Part shown: piece by piece, positions 18,750 through 28,439 of the stretch
Numbering within the stretch: position 1 is the first letter of the stretch
Layout: the number at the start of each line of letters is the position of its first letter
Assembly (NCBI GenBank): GCA_044222475.1
Contig: JBGANF010000030.1
Location: forward strand, 9,532 to 73,531
Length of the DNA: 64,000 nt
From: Polyangiaceae bacterium
GTDB lineage: Bacteria > Myxococcota_A > Polyangia > Polyangiales > Polyangiaceae
Direction of reading: 5' to 3'
Position numbers and translations under genes: made by a program
The notes under the pieces: generated by a model
What the model was told of the DNA's origin: nothing
The model's input: only the letters and a program-made list of their open reading frames with translations
Database searches by the model: none

Positions 18750-21403
18750 TCATGCTCCGGCGAAAGGTCCTCGTTTCGACCTTGCTCTGCGCGCTCGCGA
18801 CGTCGATTCCGGTCGACGCGCTCGCACAGACGCAAGGCGAGAACACGGCCGCGCCGTCGACGCTCGAACCGCCGAAGCTCGTGACCTTCGTCGAGGCCGA
18901 GTACCCGCCCGACGAGAAGGCCGCGGGCAAACAGGCGACCGTCGTCCTTCAGGTCGGCATCGCCGTCGACGGAACCGTCGCGGCAGTCGCGATCGTCGAG
19001 TCCGCGGGGAAGGCGTTCGACGACGCCGCGCTGGCCGCGGTGAAGAAGTTCGTCTTCTCTCCGGCGAAGCGCGATGGGAAGCCGATCCCGGTCCGAATCG
19101 TCTACCGCTACGCGTTCGAGATCAAAGAGACCCAGGTCAAGCGCACCACCGCGGACTTCACCGGTGTCGTCCGCGATCGCAAGACGAAGAAGCCCGTCGC
19201 CGGAGTCACCGTCGCCCTCGACACCGCGCAGAGCGCGGTCACCGGCGAGGACGGACGCTTCACCATCCCCGAGGTCGCGCCCGGCCCGCACACCGTGACC
19301 CTTTCTGCGACGACGCTCACCCCGGTGAGCACGCAGGAGACGTTCGAGGCCTCGAAGCAGCTCGATGCGACGTACGACGTCGAGCTCAAGTCGGGCAAGC
19401 CGAGCGACGACGACGACGACTTCGAGGTCGTCGTGACCGCGCCCAAGATCGTGCGCCAGGCGGTCTCGACCGAGATCACCGCGACGCAGGCGGCGAAGAT
19501 CCCCGGGACGAGCGGCGACGTCCTCCGCGTCGTCGAGTCGATGCCCGGCGTCGCTCGCGCGACGGTCGGCACCGGCGCGATCATCGTGTGGGGCGCGGCG
19601 CCCGAGGACACCGGCGTCTACGTCGATGGCGTGCGCGTGCCGCGGCTCTACCACGACGGCGGGTACCGCTCGATCATCCACTCGGACATGGTCCGCAGCG
19701 TCGAGCTCATCCCCGCGGCGTACGGCGCGACGTGGGGCCGCGGCATCGGCGGCATCATCAACGTCGGGCTGAAGCCGCTCGACGACGTTCGGCTGAAGGG
19801 CACGGCCCAAGTCGACGTGCTCGACAGCTCGCTCGCACTCCGCGCTCCGCTCGGGAAGGACCTCCATTTCTCGTTGGCTGGCCGTGGGAGCTACGTGCGC
19901 GAGATCGTCCGCTCGATCGCCCCGGCCGACGCCGAGGACGTCGTCCCTTTGCCGCGCTACGGCGACGGCCAGGCGCGGCTCGTGCTCGACCTCGGCAAGC
20001 GCGAGCACATCGAGGCCGGCGGACTCTTCTCGACCGACGCGATCGATCGCGTCCTCGTCGATCCGGATCCGACCCGAACCAAGCGCGAGTCGCGCGGGAC
20101 GACGTTCGGTCGCGCGTGGATCCGGTACACGAAGACGACGACGGACGGCGCCGCGATCACCGTCCTCCCCTACTACGGCCGCACCCTCGCGACGCGCGAG
20201 GACAAGTTCGGCGCGACGCCGGCCCAGCTCGACTCCACCGCGAACGTCTTTGCCCTGCGCGCGTCGTGGCGATCGCAGCTCTTCCCCTGGCTCGCGCTCT
20301 CGCTCGGGCTCGACGCCGAGATGACGCTCACCGAGATCGGCCGAAGCGGCTCGCTCACGACGCCGGCGCGCGAGGGCGACGTGCGCGTGTTCGGACAGCC
20401 GCCGTCGGATCAAGTCAACGTCGACCGCTGGAACGCGGCGATCGGCAGCCTCGGGACGTACGCCGAGGCGGACCTCGGGCTGTTCGGCGGCAAGCTCCAC
20501 GTGACGCCGGGGTTCCGCGTCGAGCCCTACGTCGTCAGCGTGAGCAAGTCGCTTCCGGTGCAGGGCGGAAAACCAGAGCTCGGGCTCTTCACCCAAGACA
20601 CCGCGCTCGAGCCGCGCATCGCCGTGCGTTGGGACGCGACGTCTCGAGTCACCGCCAAAGCAGCGTTCGGCGTCTTCCACCAGGCGCCCGCCGCCGAGGA
20701 TCTCTCGGCGGTCTTCGGCAATCCCAGTTTGGGACTGGCCTCCGCGAAACACTCGCTGGTCGGCGGATCGTTCAAGCTCACGAAGACGACGACGATGGAG
20801 GTCACCGGCTTCTACGACGTCATGGACGATCTCGTCACGCGGAGCACGTCGCCCACCCCGGCGATCGCGCGCGCGCTCGTCCAGGGCGGCTCCGGGCGCG
20901 CGTACGGCGTGCAGATGCTCCTCCGCCAGGAGCAGATCGGACCGTTCTTCGGGTGGATCAGCTACGGCATCACGCGGAGCGAACGCCAGGACTCGCCCGG
21001 CGGGCGCTACCGCCTGTTCGACTACGACCAATCCCACACGATCACGGCCGTCGGCTCGCTCGACCTCGGCAAGGGATGGGAGGTCGGCCTGCGTCTTCGC
21101 TTCTCCACTGGCTTCCCGCGAACCCCGGTCGTCGGCGCGACGTACAACTCGCGCACGGACACGTACGAGCCCGTCTTCGGAGACAAGAACACCACCCGCA
21201 TTCCGGTGTTCTTCCAGGCCGACGCGCGCGTCGCGAAGAGCTTCCACTTCGGCGGGACCGAGCTGCAGGTCTACCTCGACGTGTACAACTTCATCGCTCG
21301 GAACAACCCGGAAGAGCTCGTCTACAACTACGACTACACCCAGCGCAGCACGATCACCGGGATCCCGATCCTCCCGGTCTTGGGGGTGAAATGGAACTTC
21401 TGA
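18746..21403 (+). CDS. TonB-dependent receptor with an N-terminal TonB-C-like domain and carboxypeptidase-regulatory-like domain
   Basis: Signal peptide; YPPDEK...FVFSPAKRDGKP; GVVRD...GRFTI; EVVVTA; plug MPGV...VYVDGV; terminal WNF. Confidence 0.9.
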   Translation: MIMLRRKVLVSTLLCALATSIPVDALAQTQGENTAAPSTLEPPKLVTFVEAEYPPDEKAAGKQATVVLQVGIAVDGTVAAVAIVESAGKAFDDAALAAVKKFVFSPAKRDGKPIPVRIVYRYAFEIKETQVKRTTADFTGVVRDRKTKKPVAGVTVALDTAQSAVTGEDGRFTIPEVAPGPHTVTLSATTLTPVSTQETFEASKQLDATYDVELKSGKPSDDDDDFEVVVTAPKIVRQAVSTEITATQAAKIPGTSGDVLRVVESMPGVARATVGTGAIIVWGAAPEDTGVYVDGVRVPRLYHDGGYRSIIHSDMVRSVELIPAAYGATWGRGIGGIINVGLKPLDDVRLKGTAQVDVLDSSLALRAPLGKDLHFSLAGRGSYVREIVRSIAPADAEDVVPLPRYGDGQARLVLDLGKREHIEAGGLFSTDAIDRVLVDPDPTRTKRESRGTTFGRAWIRYTKTTTDGAAITVLPYYGRTLATREDKFGATPAQLDSTANVFALRASWRSQLFPWLALSLGLDAEMTLTEIGRSGSLTTPAREGDVRVFGQPPSDQVNVDRWNAAIGSLGTYAEADLGLFGGKLHVTPGFRVEPYVVSVSKSLPVQGGKPELGLFTQDTALEPRIAVRWDATSRVTAKAAFGVFHQAPAAEDLSAVFGNPSLGLASAKHSLVGGSFKLTKTTTMEVTGFYDVMDDLVTRSTSPTPAIARALVQGGSGRAYGVQMLLRQEQIGPFFGWISYGITRSERQDSPGGRYRLFDYDQSHTITAVGSLDLGKGWEVGLRLRFSTGFPRTPVVGATYNSRTDTYEPVFGDKNTTRIPVFFQADARVAKSFHFGGTELQVYLDVYNFIARNNPEELVYNYDYTQRSTITGIPILPVLGVKWNF

Positions 21404-22431
21404 ACGGTCTCCGTCGCGCGGCGCCGATCGCGGTGCTCGCCTTTGCGCTCGCTCCGGCGTGCAAGCCCGATCTCGAAGGTCGGCCGTCTCGCGTCGACGG
21501 TCCTCGGCTCCTCGCCGTGCGCGCGGTCCCGGCCGAGGTCGAGACACGAGACCCGTTCCGCTTGGATTCGCTCGTCGTGGACCAAAATGGGACGATCGCA
21601 ACGACGCTCGACTACGGCTTCTGCGTCGCGCGGAAGCCCCTCTCCGAGCTCGGATCGGTCGCGCGGGCCTGCGTCGACGGCGCGCCGGGCGCGATCGTCC
21701 CGATCGGACCAGCGGCGATCATGCCTGACGACGCGTGCCGCAATTTCGGCCCCGAGGTCCCGCCGCCGAAGCCCGGCGAGGATCCGGGTCGGCCGTTCGA
21801 TCCCGATCTGACCGGGGGCTACTACCAACCCATCCGCGCGTTCGGCGCCGGCGAGAGCGTGCGCGCGGAGGTGGCTCAGATCCGCGTCTCGTGCGGCGTG
21901 TTCGGTGCGTCGGCGGAGCAGGCCGCCGACTTCCGCGCGCACTACCACCCGAACGGCAACCCCGAGGTCGCCGCGCTGCGGATCGACGGCGTCGTGGTCG
22001 ACGACACGAAGCCAGCGACGGCGATCGCCGGGTCGACGGTCGTCCTCGCCGCGTCTTGGGCAGGCTGCCCGATGACCGATGCGTGCGGCGACGGCGTATG
22101 CGGGCCCGACGAGACGCGGGCCGACTGCGCCGCGGACTGCGCCGGGACGGCACCTAAGGCCTGCACCGGCGCCGAGCGGTACGCGTACTTCGACGCCGGG
22201 GCTCGCGCGGTGGTGCGCCGCCGCGAGTCGATCGTCGCGAGCTGGTACGCCACCGGCGGCGATTTCGCCGCCGATCGCAGCGGGCGCACCGAAGACGATC
22301 TCACGACCGACACGTCGACGGGGTGGACGTTGCCCGCCGAGCCGGGCCTCCTCCACGGGTGGGTGGTCCTGCGCGACGACCGCGGGGGCGTCGGTTTTCG
22401 GGCCTTCACGCTCCAGGTGGTGGCCCGATGA
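21391..22431 (+). CDS. TBDR-associated Cys-containing lipoprotein
   Basis: Lipobox APAC; PRLLAVRAVP; CGDGVC; WYATGG; VLRDDRGG. Overlaps the receptor stop. Confidence 0.75.
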   Translation: MELLNGLRRAAPIAVLAFALAPACKPDLEGRPSRVDGPRLLAVRAVPAEVETRDPFRLDSLVVDQNGTIATTLDYGFCVARKPLSELGSVARACVDGAPGAIVPIGPAAIMPDDACRNFGPEVPPPKPGEDPGRPFDPDLTGGYYQPIRAFGAGESVRAEVAQIRVSCGVFGASAEQAADFRAHYHPNGNPEVAALRIDGVVVDDTKPATAIAGSTVVLAASWAGCPMTDACGDGVCGPDETRADCAADCAGTAPKACTGAERYAYFDAGARAVVRRRESIVASWYATGGDFAADRSGRTEDDLTTDTSTGWTLPAEPGLLHGWVVLRDDRGGVGFRAFTLQVVAR

Positions 22432-22482
22432 CCTCACCGAATTGTTCCGCGTTCGTCACGAACGCTACCCGAAGCCGTCACG
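22432..22482 (+). promoter_or_regulatory. Putative Pho-box-like direct-repeat array
   Basis: Heptamers at an 11-nt period: cctcacc 22432, tgttccg 22443, cgtcacg 22454, ctacccg 22465, cgtcacg 22476. Confidence 0.5.
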
Positions 22483-22505
22483 CCCCCACCGCACGGTAAC
22501 GGGTC

Positions 22506-23213
22506 ATGGCCGCGAAGATCCTGATCGTGGAGGACGAGCCAGACCTGCAGCAGGTGCTCGCCTACAACGTGAGACAGTCGGGCTATTCCCCCGTGATCGC
22601 CGGCACCGGAGCCGAGGCGTTGCGTCTCGCCCACGGCGAGCGACCCGATCTGATCCTCCTCGACCTCATGCTGCCCGACATGCCGGGCATGGACGTGTGT
22701 CGCGCCATCCGGCGTGATCCGTCGAACGAAGGGTGCGGGGTCGTGATCGTGAGCGCCCGAGGCGAGGAGATCGATCGCGTCGTCGGGTTCGAGCTCGGCG
22801 CCGACGACTACGTCGTCAAGCCGTTCAGCCCGCGCGAGCTCATGTTGCGCGTCGCCGCCGTCCTGCGACGCCGAGGAGCGCCCGGCTCGGGACACGCGGA
22901 CGCCGTCGGCTCCGAGTCCGGGACGTTCGGAGTCCTTCGGCTCGACGAGGAGGCTCATCGCGTGTGGGTCTCCGGCACGGAGATCGAGCTGACCGCGCTC
23001 GAGTTTCGCCTGCTTGCGACCCTCTTCCGCGGAAGGAACAAGGTCCACACCCGCAACATGCTCGTGGACACCGTGTGGGACTCCGAGGCGTCCGTCACGA
23101 TGCGAGCGGTGGACACCCACGTGAAGCGCCTGCGCGAGAAGCTCGGCGCGGCCGGCCACTACATCGAGACCGTGCGCGGCGTCGGCTACCGCTTCGCCGA
23201 CTCGCCGACGTGA
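22506..23213 (+). CDS. phoB: OmpR/PhoB-family response regulator (PhoB-like)
   Basis: VEDE, LDLMLP, GADDYVVKPFS, RAVDTHVKRLREKLG, IETVRGVGYRF; lies in a phosphate-gene context. Confidence 0.75.
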   Translation: MAAKILIVEDEPDLQQVLAYNVRQSGYSPVIAGTGAEALRLAHGERPDLILLDLMLPDMPGMDVCRAIRRDPSNEGCGVVIVSARGEEIDRVVGFELGADDYVVKPFSPRELMLRVAAVLRRRGAPGSGHADAVGSESGTFGVLRLDEEAHRVWVSGTEIELTALEFRLLATLFRGRNKVHTRNMLVDTVWDSEASVTMRAVDTHVKRLREKLGAAGHYIETVRGVGYRFADSPT

Positions 23214-23216
23214 CCG

Positions 23217-23693
23217 TCAGCGGACTTCGAGGAGCTCGATCTCGAAGATCAACGTCGAGCCCGCAGGGATCTTCGGAGGATGCCCGCGATCGCCGTAGCC
23301 CAGCTCGGGCGGGATGGTCAGGCGCCGGATCTCGCCTTCGCGCATCCCTTCGACGCCCTCGTCCCAACCTTTGATCACCTGGCCGCTGCCGAGGATGAAC
23401 TCGAACGGACCTCGGCCGCGCGACGTGTCGAACTGCTTCCCGTCGACCAGCGTCCCCACGTAATGGACGACGACGTGACGTCCTCGCGCTGCGAGGTTGC
23501 CGTGGCCCTGACGGATCTGTTCGATCTGCAAGCCGCTCGGCAGCAGCCGCGTGCGGAGCGGCGGCGGCGCTTCGGGCTGGACGGCCGGCTGCGCGGAGGG
23601 AAGCGGCGCGATCACCTCCGCCGTGGCGGGGGGTGACTCGGCGGGCGTGCACGCGACGAGCAGGGCGACGAGCAGCGGGATCGTTCGCCTCAC
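23217..23693 (-). CDS. FKBP-type peptidyl-prolyl isomerase lipoprotein
   Basis: Lipobox [38 protein letters not shown]. Confidence 0.92.
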   Translation of the reverse strand: MRRTIPLLVALLVACTPAESPPATAEVIAPLPSAQPAVQPEAPPPLRTRLLPSGLQIEQIRQGHGNLAARGRHVVVHYVGTLVDGKQFDTSRGRGPFEFILGSGQVIKGWDEGVEGMREGEIRRLTIPPELGYGDRGHPPKIPAGSTLIFEIELLEVR

Positions 23694-23768
23694 GGGGCGA
23701 GAGTAGCCGAATCGACCGACGCAAGGATTGCGCTTCAAACGGCGTCCCTCCGTGGTTATTTTCGAAGC

Positions 23769-24275
23769 ATGAACCCCACCGAGCTGAAGGCCAGTCTGCG
23801 GGTGCTGTTGGCCGTCGCCCTCGCCGACGGCGAGGTCGCGTCGGACGAGCGGAGGCTCCTCGCGGGGGTCGCCGACCAACTCGGCGTCCCGCTCACCATC
23901 GACGAGAGCGCAGGCAAGGATCTCTACGCCGCGCTGCACCAGATCACGTCCGAGGAGGGCAAACGGATCACCTTCGACGCGGCGCTCGCGCTGGCGAACG
24001 TCGACGGCAAGTGCGCTCCGGCCGAGCACGAGCTCTTGATTCGCATTCGCGACGCGCTGGCGCCGGCGAGCACCATCCCGCTCGAGAAGACCGAGCGGCA
24101 GTGGGGCGCGAAGATGAAGAAGGCACGCGCCGAGATCGACCACGTGTCCGATACGTTCCTCGACGACATCGCGGCGCACCGCGACTCGCTCACGCCCCTC
24201 GCCTACCAGAAGATGGTCGCCGATCTGGAGCGGAAGAAGTCCGACGTCCTGCGCCACGCGATCAGCGACGACTGA
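23769..24275 (+). CDS. TerB-family protein
   Basis: Two ADG/VDG...E helical motifs ([22 protein letters not shown]). Confidence 0.75.
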   Translation: MNPTELKASLRVLLAVALADGEVASDERRLLAGVADQLGVPLTIDESAGKDLYAALHQITSEEGKRITFDAALALANVDGKCAPAEHELLIRIRDALAPASTIPLEKTERQWGAKMKKARAEIDHVSDTFLDDIAAHRDSLTPLAYQKMVADLERKKSDVLRHAISDD

Positions 24276-24415
24276 TCAACCCTTCTTCTGGAACATCTTG
24301 AAGAAGCGCGCGAAGATCCCGGGCGAGAAGTCGACGTCACCCATCTTGTCGAGCTCTTCCTTCGCCTTCGCCTTCTCGGCCTCGAGGATGGGGATGATCT
24401 TCTCGCCGATCGCCA
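24276..24415. repeat. 140-bp perfect direct repeat, copy 1 (duplicated 3' end of the Zn-ribbon gene)
   Basis: Identical base for base to 25887-26026 (offset 1611). Confidence 0.95.
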
Positions 24416-25890
24416 CGCGGCTCACTCCGCAAGCACGTCGATCTCGCCCATCGACGAGTACGTCCCGAAACGCACCGGCGAGTCGAAGAAGACCATCCGA
24501 TACGCTCCCCGCGACGGCGGTGCGCACTCGATCGTCATCGTGGTGCCCCGCGAATCGACGTCGCAGCGCTTGGAGACGCCTCCCGCCTTGCGGCATCAGG
24601 GATGCGAGGAGGTAACGCCCTCGCCGTTCTCGATGGTCGCCACCGCCGAGCTTCGCACCGTGATCTGCGAGCGATCGGGCGACACGAGCTTCCACCCGTG
24701 CCCGACGAAGCTCGGCTCCAGCTGGGGGATGCGCATGAACTCCCCGCGTGAGATGGGCGTGTCGCGCAGCTGCCACTTCGGGTCTTCGGAAAGTGGTCCG
24801 CCCTGGAACACCTCCGGCGGAGGAAGAGGTAGTCGGTGCGGTAGTCCTTGCGGAAGTGGTCGTGCTCGGTGGAGCCCGGCTTCGCATGGCCCGCATCCCA
24901 CGTCGCGTCGACGAGCCACTTCTTCTGCTCGATGACGACGACGTTCCACGCGTGGCCACTGCCGTCGACCTCGCCGCTAGCGCCCTTGGCGACGCCGGGG
25001 ACGAAGTCGATCACGTACCCCGCCGCCTTGCCGAGCCCATGAGCAAGCCTGCATAGCCCGCACACACGCCGACGCGTGACGCGAGCACGCGGGAGGGCTC
25101 TTTGCTTGGTGACGTACGTGCCGTCGTCCAGCGCGGGGAAGTCGTACGCGACGTGATCCGCGACCCAGTCGTGGAGCAGCTTGAAGCGACGGTACGGATC
25201 GGACTCGAGACCGACCAAGTACGCGGCGAGCAGCGGGATCGTCGCCTCGGAGGCCGGCGGTACGCTGCGCACGCGCGGATCGATGTCCGGATCGGACGGC
25301 CACGGGCGAGCCGGATCGAAGGGCTTCGCCTTCGGCGCCGTGACCTCGGGTGGCACGGGGGTGCCGTCACCGGAGAGGTCGAAGGTGTCACCGCGCGGGA
25401 GCGGCGGGTCGTCACCCTTCTTTCGCTCCGGCTCGTCGCCCTCGGCCGCGGACTCGTGAGCGAGCCGGTAGAGCCAGTCGAACGAATCGGCGACGCCGAG
25501 CAGAACGCGCCGCGCGCCGCGCGCCGCGGTGCCGTCGTGACCGTCGAGCATCCAGTCGCCGCGCGCGGACACGGCGCGAACCGCCGCCGCCGGCCGCGTG
25601 CCGAGGAGCACTCCGAGGAAGAGCACGTTGATCGCGAGCGTCCGCAGAAGCAGTCGATCGCCGAGCGTGAGGAAACGCCGACTCTTGTCGTTCCGCTGAC
25701 GAAACTGAGCGAACGCCTCCCACGCCCCAGGGAGGACTGGGAAGAGGAGGAGCCCAGCGAAAGCCGTGAGCCACGTCGAGCGGTTCGCGTAGGCCGCGAG
25801 CGACGACGCGAACCACGCGCCGAAGAGGGGCGTGAGGACGACGAACGCCGCCCACAGCGCCTTGATGAAGAAGAGAGGTGCTCGCTTCAA
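24416..25890 (-). pseudogene. Membrane-anchored transglutaminase-like protein, multiply frameshifted and 3'-truncated
   Basis: TM N-terminus, HDWVADHVAYD, HAWN and DATWD share one frame; the catalytic GVCAGYA is in another frame; further shifts near 24830-24790. Confidence 0.75.
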
Positions 25891-26026
25891 CCCTTCTTCT
25901 GGAACATCTTGAAGAAGCGCGCGAAGATCCCGGGCGAGAAGTCGACGTCACCCATCTTGTCGAGCTCTTCCTTCGCCTTCGCCTTCTCGGCCTCGAGGAT
26001 GGGGATGATCTTCTCGCCGATCGCCA
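25887..26026. repeat. 140-bp perfect direct repeat, copy 2
   Basis: Identical to 24276-24415. Confidence 0.95.
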
Positions 26027-26357
26027 TGACCTGATCGACCTCGCCCTTGTCGAGCCAGATGCCGCCGCAGCTGCGGCAGCGGTCGATCTCGACGCTCTGC
26101 GCTTCGTACTTCACGTCCTGGATGAGCATCGCGTGGTGGCAGCGCGGACACTTGATGTTGCCATCGCGCACGGAGCCGCCGGCTTCGGGCCGGTCCCAGA
26201 TGGAGGGATCGGCCTTGACGCCGAACGCACCGAACATCTCACCGGTGTCGAAGAACTGGCCATGGCACTTCTGGCACACGTCGAGGACGGCTTCGCCCTG
26301 CTCGTGCTCCTTCATGATCGAGTGATCGCGCGGACACTCGAGGACCACGTTCTTCAT
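25887..26357 (-). CDS. Tandem zf-TFIIB-type Zn-ribbon protein
   Basis: CPRD...CQKCHGQFFD and CPRC...CRSCGGIWLDKGE. Alternative start 26387. Confidence 0.85.
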   Translation of the reverse strand: MKNVVLECPRDHSIMKEHEQGEAVLDVCQKCHGQFFDTGEMFGAFGVKADPSIWDRPEAGGSVRDGNIKCPRCHHAMLIQDVKYEAQSVEIDRCRSCGGIWLDKGEVDQVMAIGEKIIPILEAEKAKAKEELDKMGDVDFSPGIFARFFKMFQKKG

Positions 26358-26419
26358 GTGCTTCGCCCCAACCGCCGAATGTGCCATCGAAACCTCCAGG
26401 GTTCCCGAAGGTACCGCAC

Positions 26420-27295
26420 CTAAAACGCCGTCGAAACGACGAACTTCGCCCCCCCGACCAGCGTGCCATTGAACGTGCCTTTGGCGTCGGCGGTCGTCGT
26501 TCCAGCGCCCTCGTCGAAGCGCCAGTACGCAGCCAATTGGGGCGTGTTCGCGGCGACCGGCTTCTTCATGTCGGTCAGGATTTCGCCGGCAGTGCGGGCG
26601 ACGGTCCAGACGCGGACCTCGTCGACGAGGCCGTTGAATCCGCCGGCGAGGCTGGTCCCGTCGGTGGCGACCCTGCCAGCGATCCGAAACGCCACCGCCG
26701 GCCCGCCATGCACGAAGCTCGCCGATGCAGTGATCGTCTTCGCGACGATCCCGTTCACGATCAAGTTGAACACCGCGCCGCTCTTCGTGACCGCGACGTG
26801 GACCCACGATCCGAGGGGAATCGGTGCGGAGAGGAGCTGGTACCCCGCGACGTAGAGTCCGTGGTCCGATCCGGTCGAGTCGCTCATCTCGAAGAAGAGC
26901 TGCCCCAGCGCGGTGAACCCGAGACGAAACTGGCCTTGGCCCTGCCCGGAGCGATCCTTCGCGGCGACATAGGTCTCGCCGGCGAACCCCGCGGGTTTCA
27001 CCCACGCCTCCAGAGTGAAGTCCGGTGGGATGGGCAGCGCGCCGACCTGCACGTACTGCGCGCCGCTCACCGAGAGCGCCCAGCCGGCGTTCACCGGTGC
27101 GTCCGGCGCGCCGTCGATCGGTTTCGGCGCATCTTCGGGTTCGACCCCGTCGAACGTCGCATCGTCGGGGAGCACGACGACGACGTCGGCGGAGGCATCG
27201 AGCCCGCCCGCGTCGTCCTCGACGTGCGCCGTGCCCGCCGCCGACAGGCCGCAGCCGATCGCGAACGCGATCGCGATGAGCGCAAGTCGACGCAT
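26420..27295 (-). CDS. LamG/concanavalin-like domain lipoprotein
   Basis: Lipobox AIGC; FTLEAWVK, WVHVAVT, GLVDEVRVW, YWRFDEG. Confidence 0.88.
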   Translation of the reverse strand: MRRLALIAIAFAIGCGLSAAGTAHVEDDAGGLDASADVVVVLPDDATFDGVEPEDAPKPIDGAPDAPVNAGWALSVSGAQYVQVGALPIPPDFTLEAWVKPAGFAGETYVAAKDRSGQGQGQFRLGFTALGQLFFEMSDSTGSDHGLYVAGYQLLSAPIPLGSWVHVAVTKSGAVFNLIVNGIVAKTITASASFVHGGPAVAFRIAGRVATDGTSLAGGFNGLVDEVRVWTVARTAGEILTDMKKPVAANTPQLAAYWRFDEGAGTTTADAKGTFNGTLVGGAKFVVSTAF

Positions 27296-27309
27296 CCTCC
27301 GAGTCTAGC

Positions 27310-28383
27310 TCACCCCGGCGGCACGCAGAACCCGGCGACGCAGACGGACGTGCAACACTCGGTTCCGGTCGCGCACGTGGTTCCCGTCAGCTTGCACGGG
27401 GAGAGCGGCGCCGCACAGGCGCCCTTCTCGCATCGATTCGTGCAGCACTCGGCGTTCTGCTTGCAACCCGCGCCCTCCGCTTTGCACACGATGGTGCAGA
27501 CCTTGGCCGCGCACTTCCCGAAGCAGCACTCCGGATCCGACCCGCACGCCGTGCTGAGGCCCTTGCACGTCGCCGTCGGGAGCGAGCACCGAGGCGGGTC
27601 GTACGTCTTGTCGCAGAAGCCGGCGCAGCAATCGCCCGTCCCACCCGCGCACGCCTCCCCCGGTGGCCGACACGTGGGCAGCGTCGGGTCGGCTTCGCAC
27701 TTGAGCTTGTTGCAGACGTTGGAGCAGCACTCGGCGTTGGTGGCGCAGGCCGCGCCGCGCACGATGCACAGCCCACCGCACGCACCGCCGAAGCACCCGA
27801 GGGAGCAACAGTCGGCGGCGCGGGTGCACGGAACGCCGTCCGCCGCGCACGCCGCCGCGCACGTCTTGCCACCGTTCACGTCGCTGACGCAGCGACCGGT
27901 GCAACACGCCGAAGCGTCGGTGCATGGTGCGCCGGTGGGCGCGCACGTCGCGGCGCCCAAACAGATCCCTTGGTCGCAGCGGCCGGAGCAACAGTCGATG
28001 CCGGTCGTGCACGTGCCACCACCCGCGGTGCAGTCCGACGGCCGACACGTGCCACCGCTGCAAGCCGCCGAGCAACACAGACCGGCTTCGGTGCAGGCCG
28101 CGCCGGAGCCCTGGCAGTTGCGCGGCGCACACGTCCCCTTCTCGCAGGCGTTCGAGCAGCACGCAGCGGCGACCGCACACGCGCCGCCGTTCGGCTGGCA
28201 CGAGTCCGCAGCGGCACATGTCCCACCCGAGCACACGTTGGAGCAGCAATCGACCGGGGTCTGACACACGGCGCCGCTCGCCCCGCACACCGCGGGATGC
28301 GGGCGATCGAGCGGCACCGTCTCGGTGCACGCGATCGCGGCCAGCACGAGAAACACCGCGATGAAGGGCAGCCGGATCTTCAC
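27310..28383 (-). CDS. Lipoprotein with 11 tandem six-cysteine (C-C-CC-C-C) repeats
   Basis: GTG start with GAGAGG RBS, lipobox AIAC, units such as CGASGAVCQTPVDCCSNVCSGGTC. Confidence 0.85.
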   Translation of the reverse strand: MKIRLPFIAVFLVLAAIACTETVPLDRPHPAVCGASGAVCQTPVDCCSNVCSGGTCAAADSCQPNGGACAVAAACCSNACEKGTCAPRNCQGSGAACTEAGLCCSAACSGGTCRPSDCTAGGGTCTTGIDCCSGRCDQGICLGAATCAPTGAPCTDASACCTGRCVSDVNGGKTCAAACAADGVPCTRAADCCSLGCFGGACGGLCIVRGAACATNAECCSNVCNKLKCEADPTLPTCRPPGEACAGGTGDCCAGFCDKTYDPPRCSLPTATCKGLSTACGSDPECCFGKCAAKVCTIVCKAEGAGCKQNAECCTNRCEKGACAAPLSPCKLTGTTCATGTECCTSVCVAGFCVPPG

Positions 28384-28401
28384 GTACCTCTCCCAGAGAA
28401 T

Positions 28402-28429
28402 CGTAACCGAACGGCACCTTCCGGTTACT
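28402..28429. promoter_or_regulatory. Overlapping divergent ECF-type promoters
   Basis: Plus strand GTAACC(28403)-N18-ACT; minus strand GTAACC(28428)-N18-ACG. Confidence 0.6.
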
Positions 28430-28439
28430 GTGATCGGCG

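Noticed and set aside
24276..24959. 227-aa ORF ending in FFKMFQKKG as a real paralog
   Set aside because: It is a chimera of an off-frame transglutaminase region and the duplicated 140 bp.
24780..25110. Programmed frameshifting in the transglutaminase gene
   Set aside because: There are several scattered indels and no clear slippery site; decay or sequencing error is simpler.
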